Source: Verrucomicrobiota bacterium
GTDB taxonomy: Bacteria; Verrucomicrobiota; Verrucomicrobiia; Chthoniobacterales; UBA10450
DNA: 64,000 bases
NCBI GenBank assembly: GCA_003219415.1
Contig: QHOS01000017.1
Span: 42,006 to 106,005, forward strand
Reading direction: 5' to 3'
Positions within the stretch are counted from its first letter, which is position 1. Each line of letters opens with the position of its first letter. The notes below the pieces were generated by a model. That model was not told the DNA's origin and did not search any database. It saw only the letters and a program-made list of their open reading frames with translations. Shown here one piece after another: positions 35,729 to 45,780 of the stretch. The position numbers were made by a program, and so were the translations under genes.

Positions 35729-37744
35729 ATGGCTGAAATACGACGCGAAACACAACATCCCTCCGGAATGAAGCTGGGCGACATTCTTTTCGCTCTCTTC
35801 AAACGCAAGCGAACCATCATCGTGTGCGCAGTGGTGGGCATTATTGCCGCTGCGGCGGTTTATTTTCTCTTTCCGCCTTCCTACGAATCACAGGCCAAAT
35901 TGTTGGTGCGCTACGTTCTGGAAAGGAGCGGAGTCGACCCAGCCGAGGCAGCGGGAGCCGCGGCTCAATCGGGCAACCAAGCGCAAGCGGATAGGGTGAT
36001 CGGGGCCGAAACTGAGATTCTGACCAGTTGGGATCTGGCCATTCAAGTTGCCGAGGCACTCGGTCCCCAGCGATTGCTTCCACCGCCCCAAGACTTGTTT
36101 AGTCACGTCGTCCAGGCAGTCGGACTCAAACGGTTACTGCCGTCCTCTGGACCATCGGCAACAGTGGCCGAGGCGGCTGGCAGTATTGCTTCAGGTCTGA
36201 AGGTAGTTTCAGACAAAGGAAGCAACATCATCTTAATTTCGTATAAGAACCGTAATCCGGAGATCGCACCGCTCGTTTTGCAGGAACTGTTGAGTCGTTA
36301 TTTCGTCAAGCATCTTGAAGTGCACCGTTCCGCCGGCGCTTTCGATTTTGTGGCTCAACAGACCGATCAGGTCCGAGCGCGCTTGAATCAGGCCGAAGAC
36401 GCGCTCAAATCGTTGAGAGAGAAAACAGGAATTGCGTCGCTCAAAGAGGGCTCAGCGGCCATTACCACCGAGGCGGCGAAAGCCCAGGAACAACTTAACG
36501 CCGCCGAGGCGGACCTGGCCGAACAACAAGCTCTTGTTAGACAAAAGACCGACAGCGGCTCAAAGACTTGGAGAAAGAAGCCGACAGATGAAAAAGCGAA
36601 TAAAGCGAAGGTTGCGGGCACCCAGGCAAAAATCGAGACACTTAAGGCCCGGCTTAGCGATATCCAGCGGAGGACCAAACAGCTTTCGGAGCTGGCTCCG
36701 CAAATTGAAGATTTGGAACGGAAGAAGGAGATGGACGAAGCGAATTACAAGTACTTCGCGGCATCCCTCGAAAAGGCACGGATCGACGAGGCCTTGGACC
36801 CTACCAAGATGCCTAATATTAGCGCGGTCCAGCGGCCCTCTCCTCCTGGTCTGGAGACTAAAAAACGCGATAAGCTCTCACTCGCGTTAGTTGGTGGGGG
36901 AGTGGCCTTCGGGATAGTGCTCGCGCTGCTAAGGGGCTTGGTTTTGAACCAGACCGTTGGCCGGCCGCTCCAGCTGGAAACACAGTTACACATTCCATTG
37001 ATGCTCTCTATTCCATATAGGAACGGTCACTTCGGCTTGCTTCGTAATGGTTCACCGGCGAATCCGGGAGCGCTTACCACAGGGCGGCGTCGCGCCAAAT
37101 TGGCGCCGTGGGACGCCGATCACTTCATCCGGCCATACTGCGATGCGATCCGTGATCGTCTCGGTCTTTATTTCGAGCTCAATCACTTGACGCATAAACC
37201 GAAGCTGGTGGGCGTCACCAGCGTTTCGGAGGAAGGGGGAACTTCCACCCTTGCTGCTGGGCTGGCTGCGTCACTTTCAGAAACAAACGACGGCAAGGTG
37301 CTCCTCGTCGATGTGAATTTGGGACCGGAGGAGGTGCATCCGTTTTTCAAGGGTAAACCTGCTTACCCTCTAAACAAAGCTCTTAAGCCATCTGACTCCA
37401 TCGCCTCGGCTGCGGACAATCTCTATCTCGCCACAGTGGGTTCGCCTAGTACCGGCGGTCCGGCTCAGCTCGGCTTGAAAAAATTCTTCGACATGATGCC
37501 AAATATGAAGGCGAGCGACTTTGACTACATTATTTTTGACATGCCCCCGCTGGATCAAACGAGTCCCACGTGGGGAATGGCTGCCTTCATGGACAAGCTT
37601 TTGCTTGTGGTCGAGGCAGAGAAGAACAACCGTGAGGGCATTAAGCGCAGCTACGGCAAGCTGATCGCTGAGCGAAACAATGTTGCAGTCTTGGTAAACA
37701 AGTCGCGTTCTTACGTGCCGAAGTGGCTTGATTCCGAGTCTTAA
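35729..37744 (+). CDS. polysaccharide chain-length determinant (Wzz/GumC) fused to a degenerate BY-kinase-like P-loop domain
   Basis: N-terminal TM plus Wzz-type domain with long coiled coils, a second TM (VGGGVAFGIVLALL), and a C-terminal MinD/BY-kinase-like domain (LVGVTSVSEEGGTSTLAAGLAASL...LLVDVNLG...DYIIFDMPPL). Confidence 0.8.
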   Translation: MAEIRRETQHPSGMKLGDILFALFKRKRTIIVCAVVGIIAAAAVYFLFPPSYESQAKLLVRYVLERSGVDPAEAAGAAAQSGNQAQADRVIGAETEILTSWDLAIQVAEALGPQRLLPPPQDLFSHVVQAVGLKRLLPSSGPSATVAEAAGSIASGLKVVSDKGSNIILISYKNRNPEIAPLVLQELLSRYFVKHLEVHRSAGAFDFVAQQTDQVRARLNQAEDALKSLREKTGIASLKEGSAAITTEAAKAQEQLNAAEADLAEQQALVRQKTDSGSKTWRKKPTDEKANKAKVAGTQAKIETLKARLSDIQRRTKQLSELAPQIEDLERKKEMDEANYKYFAASLEKARIDEALDPTKMPNISAVQRPSPPGLETKKRDKLSLALVGGGVAFGIVLALLRGLVLNQTVGRPLQLETQLHIPLMLSIPYRNGHFGLLRNGSPANPGALTTGRRRAKLAPWDADHFIRPYCDAIRDRLGLYFELNHLTHKPKLVGVTSVSEEGGTSTLAAGLAASLSETNDGKVLLVDVNLGPEEVHPFFKGKPAYPLNKALKPSDSIASAADNLYLATVGSPSTGGPAQLGLKKFFDMMPNMKASDFDYIIFDMPPLDQTSPTWGMAAFMDKLLLVVEAEKNNREGIKRSYGKLIAERNNVAVLVNKSRSYVPKWLDSES

Positions 37745-38024
37745 TTGGCTGCACCAATAACGGGCCGGACCGGGGTTGCAATTTTGCAATGGCCGCTTCC
37801 CGTTCGCCGTGGATTGGTGATACCCTGCGAATGCTCTCTGTTTTGTCGGTCTTCCTGACACTTCTGCTTGTCCTTCGATGTCCGCCTCGGTGCTGATAGA
37901 GGCGTTCGCTGAACGCCGGCGCCGGGGTTTTGAAGAGTCGAACCAGGAGAGGCACACAAGTTTTAACCCTCCGTTTCGTGCTCACCCCAACCTTTATAGC
38001 GGCCGTCGAGGTCGCTATTCTCTA

Positions 38025-38993
38025 ATGTTACGCAATAGAATTTATTACTGGCTAAAGCCTTTCGTTCCGCAATTCCTTCGGACGGCGATTCGACGATCAC
38101 TGGCTACGCGATTACGCAAGCAAATCGGAGACGAATGGCCTATCATGCCGGGCTCGGAGCGGGCACCGGAAAACTGGCCTGGCTGGCCGGGAAACAAAAA
38201 ATTTGCGTTTGTTTTGACGCACGACGTTGAGAGCAAGGCCGGGCTCGGAAGGTGTCGGTCCTTGATGGAGTTGGAACAGCGCCTCGGATTCCGCTCTTCC
38301 TTTAACTTTATTCCAGAAGGGAGCTACCGCGTCCCAGTTGAATTGAGGCAGGAACTCACTGCCAACGGCTTCGAGGTTGGCATACATGATCTTAAACACG
38401 ATGGCCATCTCTTTTCCTCGCGTCGCAAGTTCACGCGGCACGCCGCCAAAATCAACGCTTATGCGCGCGAGTGGGGAGCGTCGGGATTCAGATCGGGATT
38501 CATGTTGCGTAATCTCGATTGGCTGCACGACCTCGACGTGCAATACGATGCGTCCACTTTCGATACGGATCCATTCGAACCGCAGCCCCAGGGCCGCCAC
38601 ACGATCTTTCCTTTCTGGGTTCCGAATCCAAATGGCGACTCGATCAGGCAGCAACGATCAGCTATCCAGTCTTCTTCCAACGGTTACGTTGAACTTCCTT
38701 ATACCCTTCCTCAAGACTTCACGCTCTTCGTGCTGTTACAGGAGAAGACGCCGGAAATCTGGATGCGAAAACTCGATTGGATCGCGCAGCACGGCGGGAT
38801 GGCACTAGTTGACGTTCATCCTGACTATTTGTGCTTTGATAACGCGATCGCAACATCAAGGGAATATCCAGCTGCTCATTACAAATCGTTTCTGGACTAT
38901 GTGAGTCAGCGCTACAGCGGCGCTTTTTGGAATACAACTCCGAGACAGGTGGCCCAGTTCTGTATTCGAGTAACGCAGGCCACAAGGAGCTAG
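38025..38993 (+). CDS. putative polysaccharide deacetylase-like (CE4-type) protein
   Basis: FAFVLTHDVES...GFEVGIHDLKHDGH...WGASGFRSGF resembles the CE4 motifs (xxDVE / H..H) of EPS-locus deacetylases. The assignment is tentative. The start is taken at MLRNRIYY. Confidence 0.5.
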   Translation: MLRNRIYYWLKPFVPQFLRTAIRRSLATRLRKQIGDEWPIMPGSERAPENWPGWPGNKKFAFVLTHDVESKAGLGRCRSLMELEQRLGFRSSFNFIPEGSYRVPVELRQELTANGFEVGIHDLKHDGHLFSSRRKFTRHAAKINAYAREWGASGFRSGFMLRNLDWLHDLDVQYDASTFDTDPFEPQPQGRHTIFPFWVPNPNGDSIRQQRSAIQSSSNGYVELPYTLPQDFTLFVLLQEKTPEIWMRKLDWIAQHGGMALVDVHPDYLCFDNAIATSREYPAAHYKSFLDYVSQRYSGAFWNTTPRQVAQFCIRVTQATRS

Positions 38994-39022
38994 CAAAGGG
39001 CTAAACCTCAACAACAACTCTT

Positions 39023-40330
39023 ATGGAAATTACAGTTTTTGGAATGGGCTACGTGGGTTGCGTAACGGCAGCATGCTTCGCCGAGATGGGTCATTCAGTA
39101 ACCGGTGTGGACTTGCAGGAGATCAAAATCTCTCTCGTCAACTCGGGAAAAAGTCCCATTATCGAGCCGGACTTGGAACAGTTGATTCGCCGCGGAGTTG
39201 ATGCCGGACGCTTGCAAGCCACTCAGCGCGTAAAGACGCTTGGAGACATTTCCCTAATCTGTGTTGGCACACCTAGCAACGACAATGGCAGCCTGGGCCT
39301 TGACCAGCTAAAAAGAGTTCTAAGCCAGATCGGCGAATTGCTACGAACCACAGATAGCTTCCATGTTGTCGTCGTTCGAAGCACCGTTTTGCCGGGAACG
39401 GTGAACGATGTGGTGCGTCCTTTGCTGGAACAAGAATCGGGTAAAAAGGATGGAAAGGATTTCGGCATCTGCATGAATCCCGAGTTCATGCGTGAGACCA
39501 CGGCTATTTATGATTTTTATCACCCTCCCTTTACGATCATCGGCGCCACTGGCGACCGTGCTGCCGAACGAGTTGCCACTCTTTATTCGAGCCTAAAAGC
39601 CCCTGTGGAGCGCACCCCCATTCCAGTAGCTGAGTTGATTAAGTATGCCTCGAACGCATTTCACGCACTCAAGGTATGTTTCGCGAATGAGGTCGGAAAT
39701 CTCAGTAAGGCCATGGGTATTGATAGCCACAGAGTGATGGAGATTTTTTGCAAAGATACGAAGCTGAACATCTCTCCGTATTATCTTAAACCCGGATTTG
39801 CTTTCGGTGGTTCTTGTCTGCCAAAGGACCTTCGTGCTATTCTTTACAAGGCGAAGCAATTGGATCTGGAACTGCCGGTGCTCGGGGCTGTGCTCGAAAC
39901 AAATCGTAAGCAGATCGAGCTAGCCTTCAATTTGATCCGCCACACAGGAACAAACCGTGTTGGGGTCTTGGGCCTCAGTTTCAAAGGCGGGTCCGACGAT
40001 CTTCGTGAAAGCCCTATCGTAGGATTGATAGAAACCTTGATCGGCAAAGGATATAGATTGGCTATCTACGATGAAGAAGTTGCTTTGGCCAGACTCGTGG
40101 GTGCGAACAAGCACTACATCGAGCAAGCAATACCCCACATCTCGTCGCTGATGGTTTCTTCTCCAAAAGAAGCCATCGAAGCCAGTGACGTAGTCGTAGT
40201 TGGCAAAAATAATTCCAAAATTCAGGAAGCTGTAGCCAATAATAGCGATTCAAAGTTGATTATCGATTTGATTCGGTTACCGCGCGAAGTCGTGAACGCT
40301 TCTCCGAATTATCAAGGCATCTGCTGGTAG
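39023..40330 (+). CDS. nucleotide-sugar 6-dehydrogenase (UDP-glucose/GDP-mannose dehydrogenase family; N-terminus most like GDP-mannose 6-dehydrogenase AlgD)
   Basis: [55 protein letters not shown]... closely parallels the AlgD N-terminus. The catalytic [10 protein letters not shown] motif is present. Confidence 0.85.
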   Translation: MEITVFGMGYVGCVTAACFAEMGHSVTGVDLQEIKISLVNSGKSPIIEPDLEQLIRRGVDAGRLQATQRVKTLGDISLICVGTPSNDNGSLGLDQLKRVLSQIGELLRTTDSFHVVVVRSTVLPGTVNDVVRPLLEQESGKKDGKDFGICMNPEFMRETTAIYDFYHPPFTIIGATGDRAAERVATLYSSLKAPVERTPIPVAELIKYASNAFHALKVCFANEVGNLSKAMGIDSHRVMEIFCKDTKLNISPYYLKPGFAFGGSCLPKDLRAILYKAKQLDLELPVLGAVLETNRKQIELAFNLIRHTGTNRVGVLGLSFKGGSDDLRESPIVGLIETLIGKGYRLAIYDEEVALARLVGANKHYIEQAIPHISSLMVSSPKEAIEASDVVVVGKNNSKIQEAVANNSDSKLIIDLIRLPREVVNASPNYQGICW

Positions 40331-40353
40331 CGCAGCCACAAAGCAGTCCGATC

Positions 40354-41601
40354 GTGATGCGATCCCTAACTAAAGTCCTGATGTGGGTTGAAAACAATTT
40401 TCCACAGGACACTCGTGTCGCGAATGAGGCACGTTTACTCGCTAATGCGGGTTACCAGGTCGCGGTGATCGCACTTCGGAATCACCGCCAGGCGGCGCGC
40501 GAAACCTGGAATGGTATAGAAGTTTACCGCGTACCAACGTTGGAGCTGTTTAAAAAGACAGTAGCTGGAAATGGTAGCCGATTGAATCTGCTTTTCGTTA
40601 GGCTGAAATCCTTTCTTGGTTATGTTGTAGAATACCTTTACTTCACCTCGGCTTGCCTTCTTGTTAGCACATATATTTTTGTGAGGCGCGGCTTCGACGT
40701 AATGCACGCCCACAACCCGCCCGATACTCTCTTTTTAGTGGCGGCGCCTTTCAAACTACTCGGAAAGAAATTTGTCTTTGACCAGCACGATCTCTGCCCG
40801 GAGCTTTACCGATCCCGTTATAGCGCCAGGGAAGGAGTTTACACCCGGTTTCTAAGAATGTTTGAGTGGTGCAGCCTGAAGCTTGCTGATGTCACGATCG
40901 CCACGAACGAATCGTATAAACAAATACAAATTGAGCGGGCGAATAAGAATCCCGCCAGTATCTTCGTTGTAAGAAATGGGCCGAACCAGATGCGAATGAC
41001 CTCAGCGGCACCCAGCGCCCGTTTGAGAGGAATGAATAAGTCCATTCTATGCTATGTCGGCAGCTTGAACCCACAAGACGGTGTTGATTACCTGCTCCGT
41101 TCCTTGCGCCATTTACTACATGGTTTGAAGCGTTCGGATTTTTATTGCGTCATCATGGGAACTGGAGACTCACTGCAAGATTTGCGTGATCTGGCTGGGA
41201 ACCTGCAACTTAATGGTTGCGTCGAATTAACCGGCTTCGTGTCTGATGAAGAGTTGCAAGCTAACCTTGCGGCCGCCGACATTTGCGTGGATCCCGACCC
41301 TTCCAGCCCATTAAACGATGTGTCTACTTGGATCAAAGTGATGGAATACATGGCATCGGCAAAGCCGATCATCTCTTTCGACCTGAAGGAGACACGATTT
41401 TCTGCCCGAGACGCCGCCATCTATGTTGAGCCAAACAACGAAACTGAATTCGCGAAAGCTATTGCCCAACTAATGGACCAACCCAACCTTCAGAAGGAAA
41501 TGGGGCATTATGGTCGCCGTCGGGTTGAGGAGGACTTGCAATGGGCGAAGGTCGGCAAGAACCTTCTCACCGCGTATCAGACGCTCTTCGCGGAGAAATG
41601 A
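40354..41601 (+). CDS. glycosyltransferase family 4 (GT-B)
   Basis: 415 aa. HAHNPPD...FDQHD in the N-domain. The C-domain has ...ICVDPDPSSPLNDVSTWIKVMEYMASAKPIISFDL.. (the E-x7-E region). Confidence 0.85.
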   Translation: MMRSLTKVLMWVENNFPQDTRVANEARLLANAGYQVAVIALRNHRQAARETWNGIEVYRVPTLELFKKTVAGNGSRLNLLFVRLKSFLGYVVEYLYFTSACLLVSTYIFVRRGFDVMHAHNPPDTLFLVAAPFKLLGKKFVFDQHDLCPELYRSRYSAREGVYTRFLRMFEWCSLKLADVTIATNESYKQIQIERANKNPASIFVVRNGPNQMRMTSAAPSARLRGMNKSILCYVGSLNPQDGVDYLLRSLRHLLHGLKRSDFYCVIMGTGDSLQDLRDLAGNLQLNGCVELTGFVSDEELQANLAAADICVDPDPSSPLNDVSTWIKVMEYMASAKPIISFDLKETRFSARDAAIYVEPNNETEFAKAIAQLMDQPNLQKEMGHYGRRRVEEDLQWAKVGKNLLTAYQTLFAEK

Positions 41602-41674
41602 ACGAGTCCTGTGAAGCGCATCGCGCGAAGAAGCCCACAGACGCTGTTTCGAGACTGACTCGGTCCTTTGTTGG

Positions 41675-42202
41675 ATGAGTCACCACGTCCGTTCCTTGAC
41701 TACCCGGGCTTATTCAACTCAGCCATTGAGCGAGAGCTTTGTGGCAAAGCCAGAAATCCGCCATGCAGGGATTGTCGACGTAAGGTTCGGTAAAAACGTT
41801 ACGGTTGTGCAGCCGGTCAATCTCTATGGTTGCGCGATTGGAGACGACAGCTTCGTTGGGCCGTTCGTAGAGATACAAAAGGGAGTAAGTATCGGAAAGC
41901 GGTGCAGGATTCAGTCGCACTCATTCATTTGTGAGCTCGTAACGATCGGAGACGAGTGCTTCATTTCTCACGGCGCGATGTTTATTAATGATCTTTTCGC
42001 CACCGGGAGGCCAACTAAGGAGTCCCAGTTCTGGCGAGCGACCAAAGTTGGGAATCAGGTCAGCGTTGGAACAAATTCCACAATCCTTCCGGTGACGATC
42101 TGCGACCAGGTAGTCATCGGAGCCGGCGCAGTTGTTACCAAGGACATTACCATTCCCGGAATTTATGCGGGCAATCCAGCACGCCTCCTTCGTCGTCTGT
42201 AG
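41675..42202 (+). CDS. left-handed beta-helix (hexapeptide) sugar N-acetyltransferase (WbpD/WlbB/FdtC-like)
   Basis: Hexapeptide repeats (VGPFVEIQKGVSIGKRCRIQSHSFICELVTIGDECFISHGAMFIND...VGTNSTILPVTICDQVVIGAGAVV). It lies between a GT4 and a DegT aminotransferase. The start may be internal. Confidence 0.8.
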   Translation: MSHHVRSLTTRAYSTQPLSESFVAKPEIRHAGIVDVRFGKNVTVVQPVNLYGCAIGDDSFVGPFVEIQKGVSIGKRCRIQSHSFICELVTIGDECFISHGAMFINDLFATGRPTKESQFWRATKVGNQVSVGTNSTILPVTICDQVVIGAGAVVTKDITIPGIYAGNPARLLRRL

Positions 42203-42237
42203 CCGCTGCCCTGGAGCTGTCACTTGTCGGTTTTGAC

Positions 42238-43398
42238 ATGAAAATTCCCTTTGTTGACCTGCACGCGCAATACCTGACTATCAAGCAAGAGATCGATGGC
42301 GCGATTGCTGAAGTCATCGCGGAGTCGGCGTACATTCGCGGGCGACACGTAGATGCTTTTGAGCAGGCCTGGGCTAATGCGCTAGGTGTGAAGCATTGCG
42401 TTTCCTGCGCAAACGGAACCGATGCGGTTTACATCGCCCTGCGGGGACTTCACGTAAAGCCCGGCGATGAGGTCATCGCTCCGGCACATTCCTGGATCTC
42501 GACGTCGGAGACAGTTACGCAAGCCGGCGGGCGGGTCGTATTCTGCGACGCAGATGAGGAAACGTTCACGATTGATCCCGAAGATATCCAACGAAAGATC
42601 ACGCCTGCCACGGTCGGTATTATTCCAGTCCATCTTTATGGACAGCCGGCGGACATGGATGCGATCATGGCCATCGCAAAACGGCATAATCTTTGGGTTA
42701 TAGAGGATTGCGGCCAGGCGCATCTTGCCAGGTACAAGGGGCAATACGTTGGTACCTTTGGAACTGCCGCGACGTTCTCGTTTTACCCCGGGAAGAACCT
42801 GGGCGCTTACGGCGATGCCGGATGCGTTGTGACAAACGACGATCGGCTTGCCGACTGGATAACGACTTTCGCTCGGCACGGTGGAAAGGGCGATCACCTC
42901 ATGGAAGGGATAAACAGCCGCATGGACGGCCTGCAAGCAGCCATCCTAAATGCGAAGTTGCCCCATCTACCTGCCTGGACTGAGGCACGCCGTTATGTTG
43001 CTGCATGTTACGACGAGCTCCTGGATGAGGTGGGTGATATAATCACACCGAAAATCGGTCCTGGCCGTGACCACGTTTATCATCTCTATGTGATTCGTAC
43101 AGAAAACCGGGATGCATTGAGGGAGTATCTTACCCAGGCAGGCGTCTCCACCGTTTTAAACTATCCGAAGGCATTGCCCTTCTATTCCGCCTATGCTCAT
43201 TTCGGTCACAGCCCCAAAGATTTTCCCGTCGCCTGTTTTAACCAATCCCGCATCTTATCACTGCCGATCTATCCGGAGATGAAAAAAGAGATGATTACTC
43301 ACACAGTTGAGTCTATCGGCAGCTTTTTTAAACAATTTCAAGAACCGGATGGCGCCACCTTGAAAGTAATCCAATTTGCAAGCCTTGCTGACCTGTGA
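42238..43398 (+). CDS. DegT/DnrJ/EryC1/StrS family sugar aminotransferase (second copy)
   Basis: MKIPFVDLHAQYLTIKQEIDGAI...CANGTDAVYIAL...FSFYPGKNLGAYGDAGCVVTND... Confidence 0.9.
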   Translation: MKIPFVDLHAQYLTIKQEIDGAIAEVIAESAYIRGRHVDAFEQAWANALGVKHCVSCANGTDAVYIALRGLHVKPGDEVIAPAHSWISTSETVTQAGGRVVFCDADEETFTIDPEDIQRKITPATVGIIPVHLYGQPADMDAIMAIAKRHNLWVIEDCGQAHLARYKGQYVGTFGTAATFSFYPGKNLGAYGDAGCVVTNDDRLADWITTFARHGGKGDHLMEGINSRMDGLQAAILNAKLPHLPAWTEARRYVAACYDELLDEVGDIITPKIGPGRDHVYHLYVIRTENRDALREYLTQAGVSTVLNYPKALPFYSAYAHFGHSPKDFPVACFNQSRILSLPIYPEMKKEMITHTVESIGSFFKQFQEPDGATLKVIQFASLADL

Positions 43399-43532
43399 GC
43401 TCTGCTATCTCTCTTTCAAATGCTGGATATTACGGTCTCGGGCATTTATGCGAGTAACCTTGCCCGTCTCCTGGTCGCCTCCGAGCCGCGTCATAGCCTT
43501 GGGGTAGATGGTAACCCTTTGATCGCTGTCAC

Positions 43533-44264
43533 ATGTTAATCATTAACGCGGACGATTGGGGCCGTTCTGTGGCGGAGACGGATGCAGCACTAAGGTGTTA
43601 TTGGGGAGAGAGAATCACGTCAGTTAGCGCCATGGTCTTCATGGCGGACTCCGAGAGAGCGGCGGAGCTGGCGAGCGCTAATGGGTTAGAGGTCGGTTTG
43701 CACCTAAATTTTTCGGAGCCATTTACCGATGGCAGGTGTTCGGGAAGACTTAGAGATTGTCATAACCGAATCGTTGGGTTTCTGACACGGAATAAATACT
43801 CGCAACTTCTGTACAATCCTTTTCTGCGAAGAGAATTTGCTTATTCGTACAGTGCACAGGCTGAAGAGTTTGCGCGTTTGTTTGGAAAATCGCCGTCACA
43901 TATCGATGGGCACCATCACATGCACCTGTGTGTGAACTTGCTTTTCAGCGACATGATTCCGCCTGGTACGAAGCTGCGCCGCAACTTTTCTTTCTGGCCT
44001 GGCGAGAAAAGCCTATCGAACCGAACCTACCGCAGGCTGGTCGATCGCTGGCTCGCTCGTCGATACCGTCTCGCAGACTATTTTTTCGACCTGACTCAGT
44101 GCAGGGAGGGAAAGAAACTCCATCGAGTCGCGGCCTTGGCGAAGTCAAGCAACGTGGAAATCATGACACACCCGATCGCAAATGGGGAAGAGGAATATCT
44201 TATGAGCGATGACTTTCAGGCGATATTGCAAGGGCTCGGAATCGGCGGCTATGCGCTGTTGTAA
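43533..44264 (+). CDS. YdjC/ChbG/HpnK family carbohydrate deacetylase
   Basis: MLIINADDWGRS...GLHLNFSE...IDGHHHMH are YdjC-family metal-site motifs. Confidence 0.8.
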   Translation: MLIINADDWGRSVAETDAALRCYWGERITSVSAMVFMADSERAAELASANGLEVGLHLNFSEPFTDGRCSGRLRDCHNRIVGFLTRNKYSQLLYNPFLRREFAYSYSAQAEEFARLFGKSPSHIDGHHHMHLCVNLLFSDMIPPGTKLRRNFSFWPGEKSLSNRTYRRLVDRWLARRYRLADYFFDLTQCREGKKLHRVAALAKSSNVEIMTHPIANGEEEYLMSDDFQAILQGLGIGGYALL

Positions 44265-44313
44265 TGTCATTGTTCGCTTTCCCGGTCAGCTTCAACAAAA
44301 GGTTTCCTAATCC

Positions 44314-45744
44314 ATGAATCTAGTCAGACCCCATATTGCGAGCTTGTTCGGTCTTCATCTGTCGCCATCTCTAGCCTCTTTTCTCACGGTCGCCTTCATT
44401 GTCTTCCTTTTCCGGCGAGACATTCGGGAAAGACCCGATGTGAGCGGCGCGCTTTGGCTTCCGCTTCTTTGGTTCGTGCTCATTTGCTCAAGACCTTTTT
44501 CCGGATGGCTAAACATCTTCGGCTTGCCCGTGAGCAGCGCTGCTTCAGTAGAAGAGGGAAGTCCGCTGGATGCATATTTTTACCTGGCACTGGTTACAGC
44601 GGGTTTTTGTGTTCTCATCAAAAGGCAGGTCCAACTTTCAGAGGTTTTGCGACAAAATGGGTGGCTCATCGCGTTTATTGCCTACTGTTTCATTGCTATT
44701 ATTTGGTCTGACTACCCCTTCGTGGCGTTCAAACGGTGGACCAAAATTCTTGGCCATCCGATTATGACGCTGATCGTCCTTACGGAACCGGATCCCAAAG
44801 AAGCGCTGATACGGTTGATGAAGCGGTGCGCCTATGTGGTCATCCCGGTTTCCATTCTCTTTATCAAATACTATCCCGAGTTGGGTCGAAGCTTCGATGA
44901 GTGGACCGGGGACCCAATGAACAACGGTATCGCCACGGACAAAAACATGCTGGGTGCAGATTGTCTGATCCTGGGTTACTTTTTCTTCTGGCATTTACTG
45001 CAAATCTGGAAAACTGACCGGAATATTTGGAGACGAAACGAGCTTCGGCTAACCGTTGGGTTGTTAGTCGGTATTTGCTGGCTCCTTTCGGTGGCTCACA
45101 GTGCCACCTCTCTCATATCTTTGGTTGTAGGGGCACTAGTGGTCGTGTTTATCGGTATCCGTTCTATAAATAAGAATTTTATCGGCACGTACATGTTACT
45201 GGCACTAGTTCTCCTTATCGTGGCAGAACTGGCATTTGGGATTTCAGGGCATTTGTCCCAAAATCTGGGTAGGACCTCCACTCTGTCGGGAAGAACAATA
45301 CTCTGGACACACCTCCTGCAACTTCATACCAATCCGATTCTTGGGACGGGATTTGATAGCTTCTGGTTGGGAGGAAGGCTAAAGCAGCTGGAAGGAATTT
45401 TCTTCTTTATCCCAAACGAGGCCCATAACGGCTATTTGGAAACTTATTTAAACTTGGGGCTAATTGGCGTGTTCCTCGTAATTGGCCTCTTTGTCGCTAC
45501 ATTCTGGAAAATACGCCCTGAGCTTTTTCGAAGTTTTGAGTGGGGACGATATCGCGTGGGTTTTCTCGCGGCAGTAGTCCTGTACAACTGGACGGAAGCA
45601 GCCTTCGGAACGTTTAATCCTATCTGGTTTGCTTTCTATCTCATTGCCATGGACTATCCGCGAACTGCCCTTGCGACTGCCCAACCATTTGTCGTAACAC
45701 AAGAAGAGAGCAGAGAATTCGTATATGCTGAAGAAGAACCCTGA
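44314..45744 (+). CDS. O-antigen ligase/Wzy-like polymerase family membrane protein
   Basis: 476 aa with about 10-12 TM segments. The periplasmic loop carries ...GTGFDSFWL...NEAHNGYLETYLNLGLIG, typical of the Wzy_C/O-antigen ligase domain. Confidence 0.8.
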   Translation: MNLVRPHIASLFGLHLSPSLASFLTVAFIVFLFRRDIRERPDVSGALWLPLLWFVLICSRPFSGWLNIFGLPVSSAASVEEGSPLDAYFYLALVTAGFCVLIKRQVQLSEVLRQNGWLIAFIAYCFIAIIWSDYPFVAFKRWTKILGHPIMTLIVLTEPDPKEALIRLMKRCAYVVIPVSILFIKYYPELGRSFDEWTGDPMNNGIATDKNMLGADCLILGYFFFWHLLQIWKTDRNIWRRNELRLTVGLLVGICWLLSVAHSATSLISLVVGALVVVFIGIRSINKNFIGTYMLLALVLLIVAELAFGISGHLSQNLGRTSTLSGRTILWTHLLQLHTNPILGTGFDSFWLGGRLKQLEGIFFFIPNEAHNGYLETYLNLGLIGVFLVIGLFVATFWKIRPELFRSFEWGRYRVGFLAAVVLYNWTEAAFGTFNPIWFAFYLIAMDYPRTALATAQPFVVTQEESREFVYAEEEP

Positions 45745-45780
45745 CACGGGCGTAGCCTTTGGCTGAAGTCGACTCGAGGA

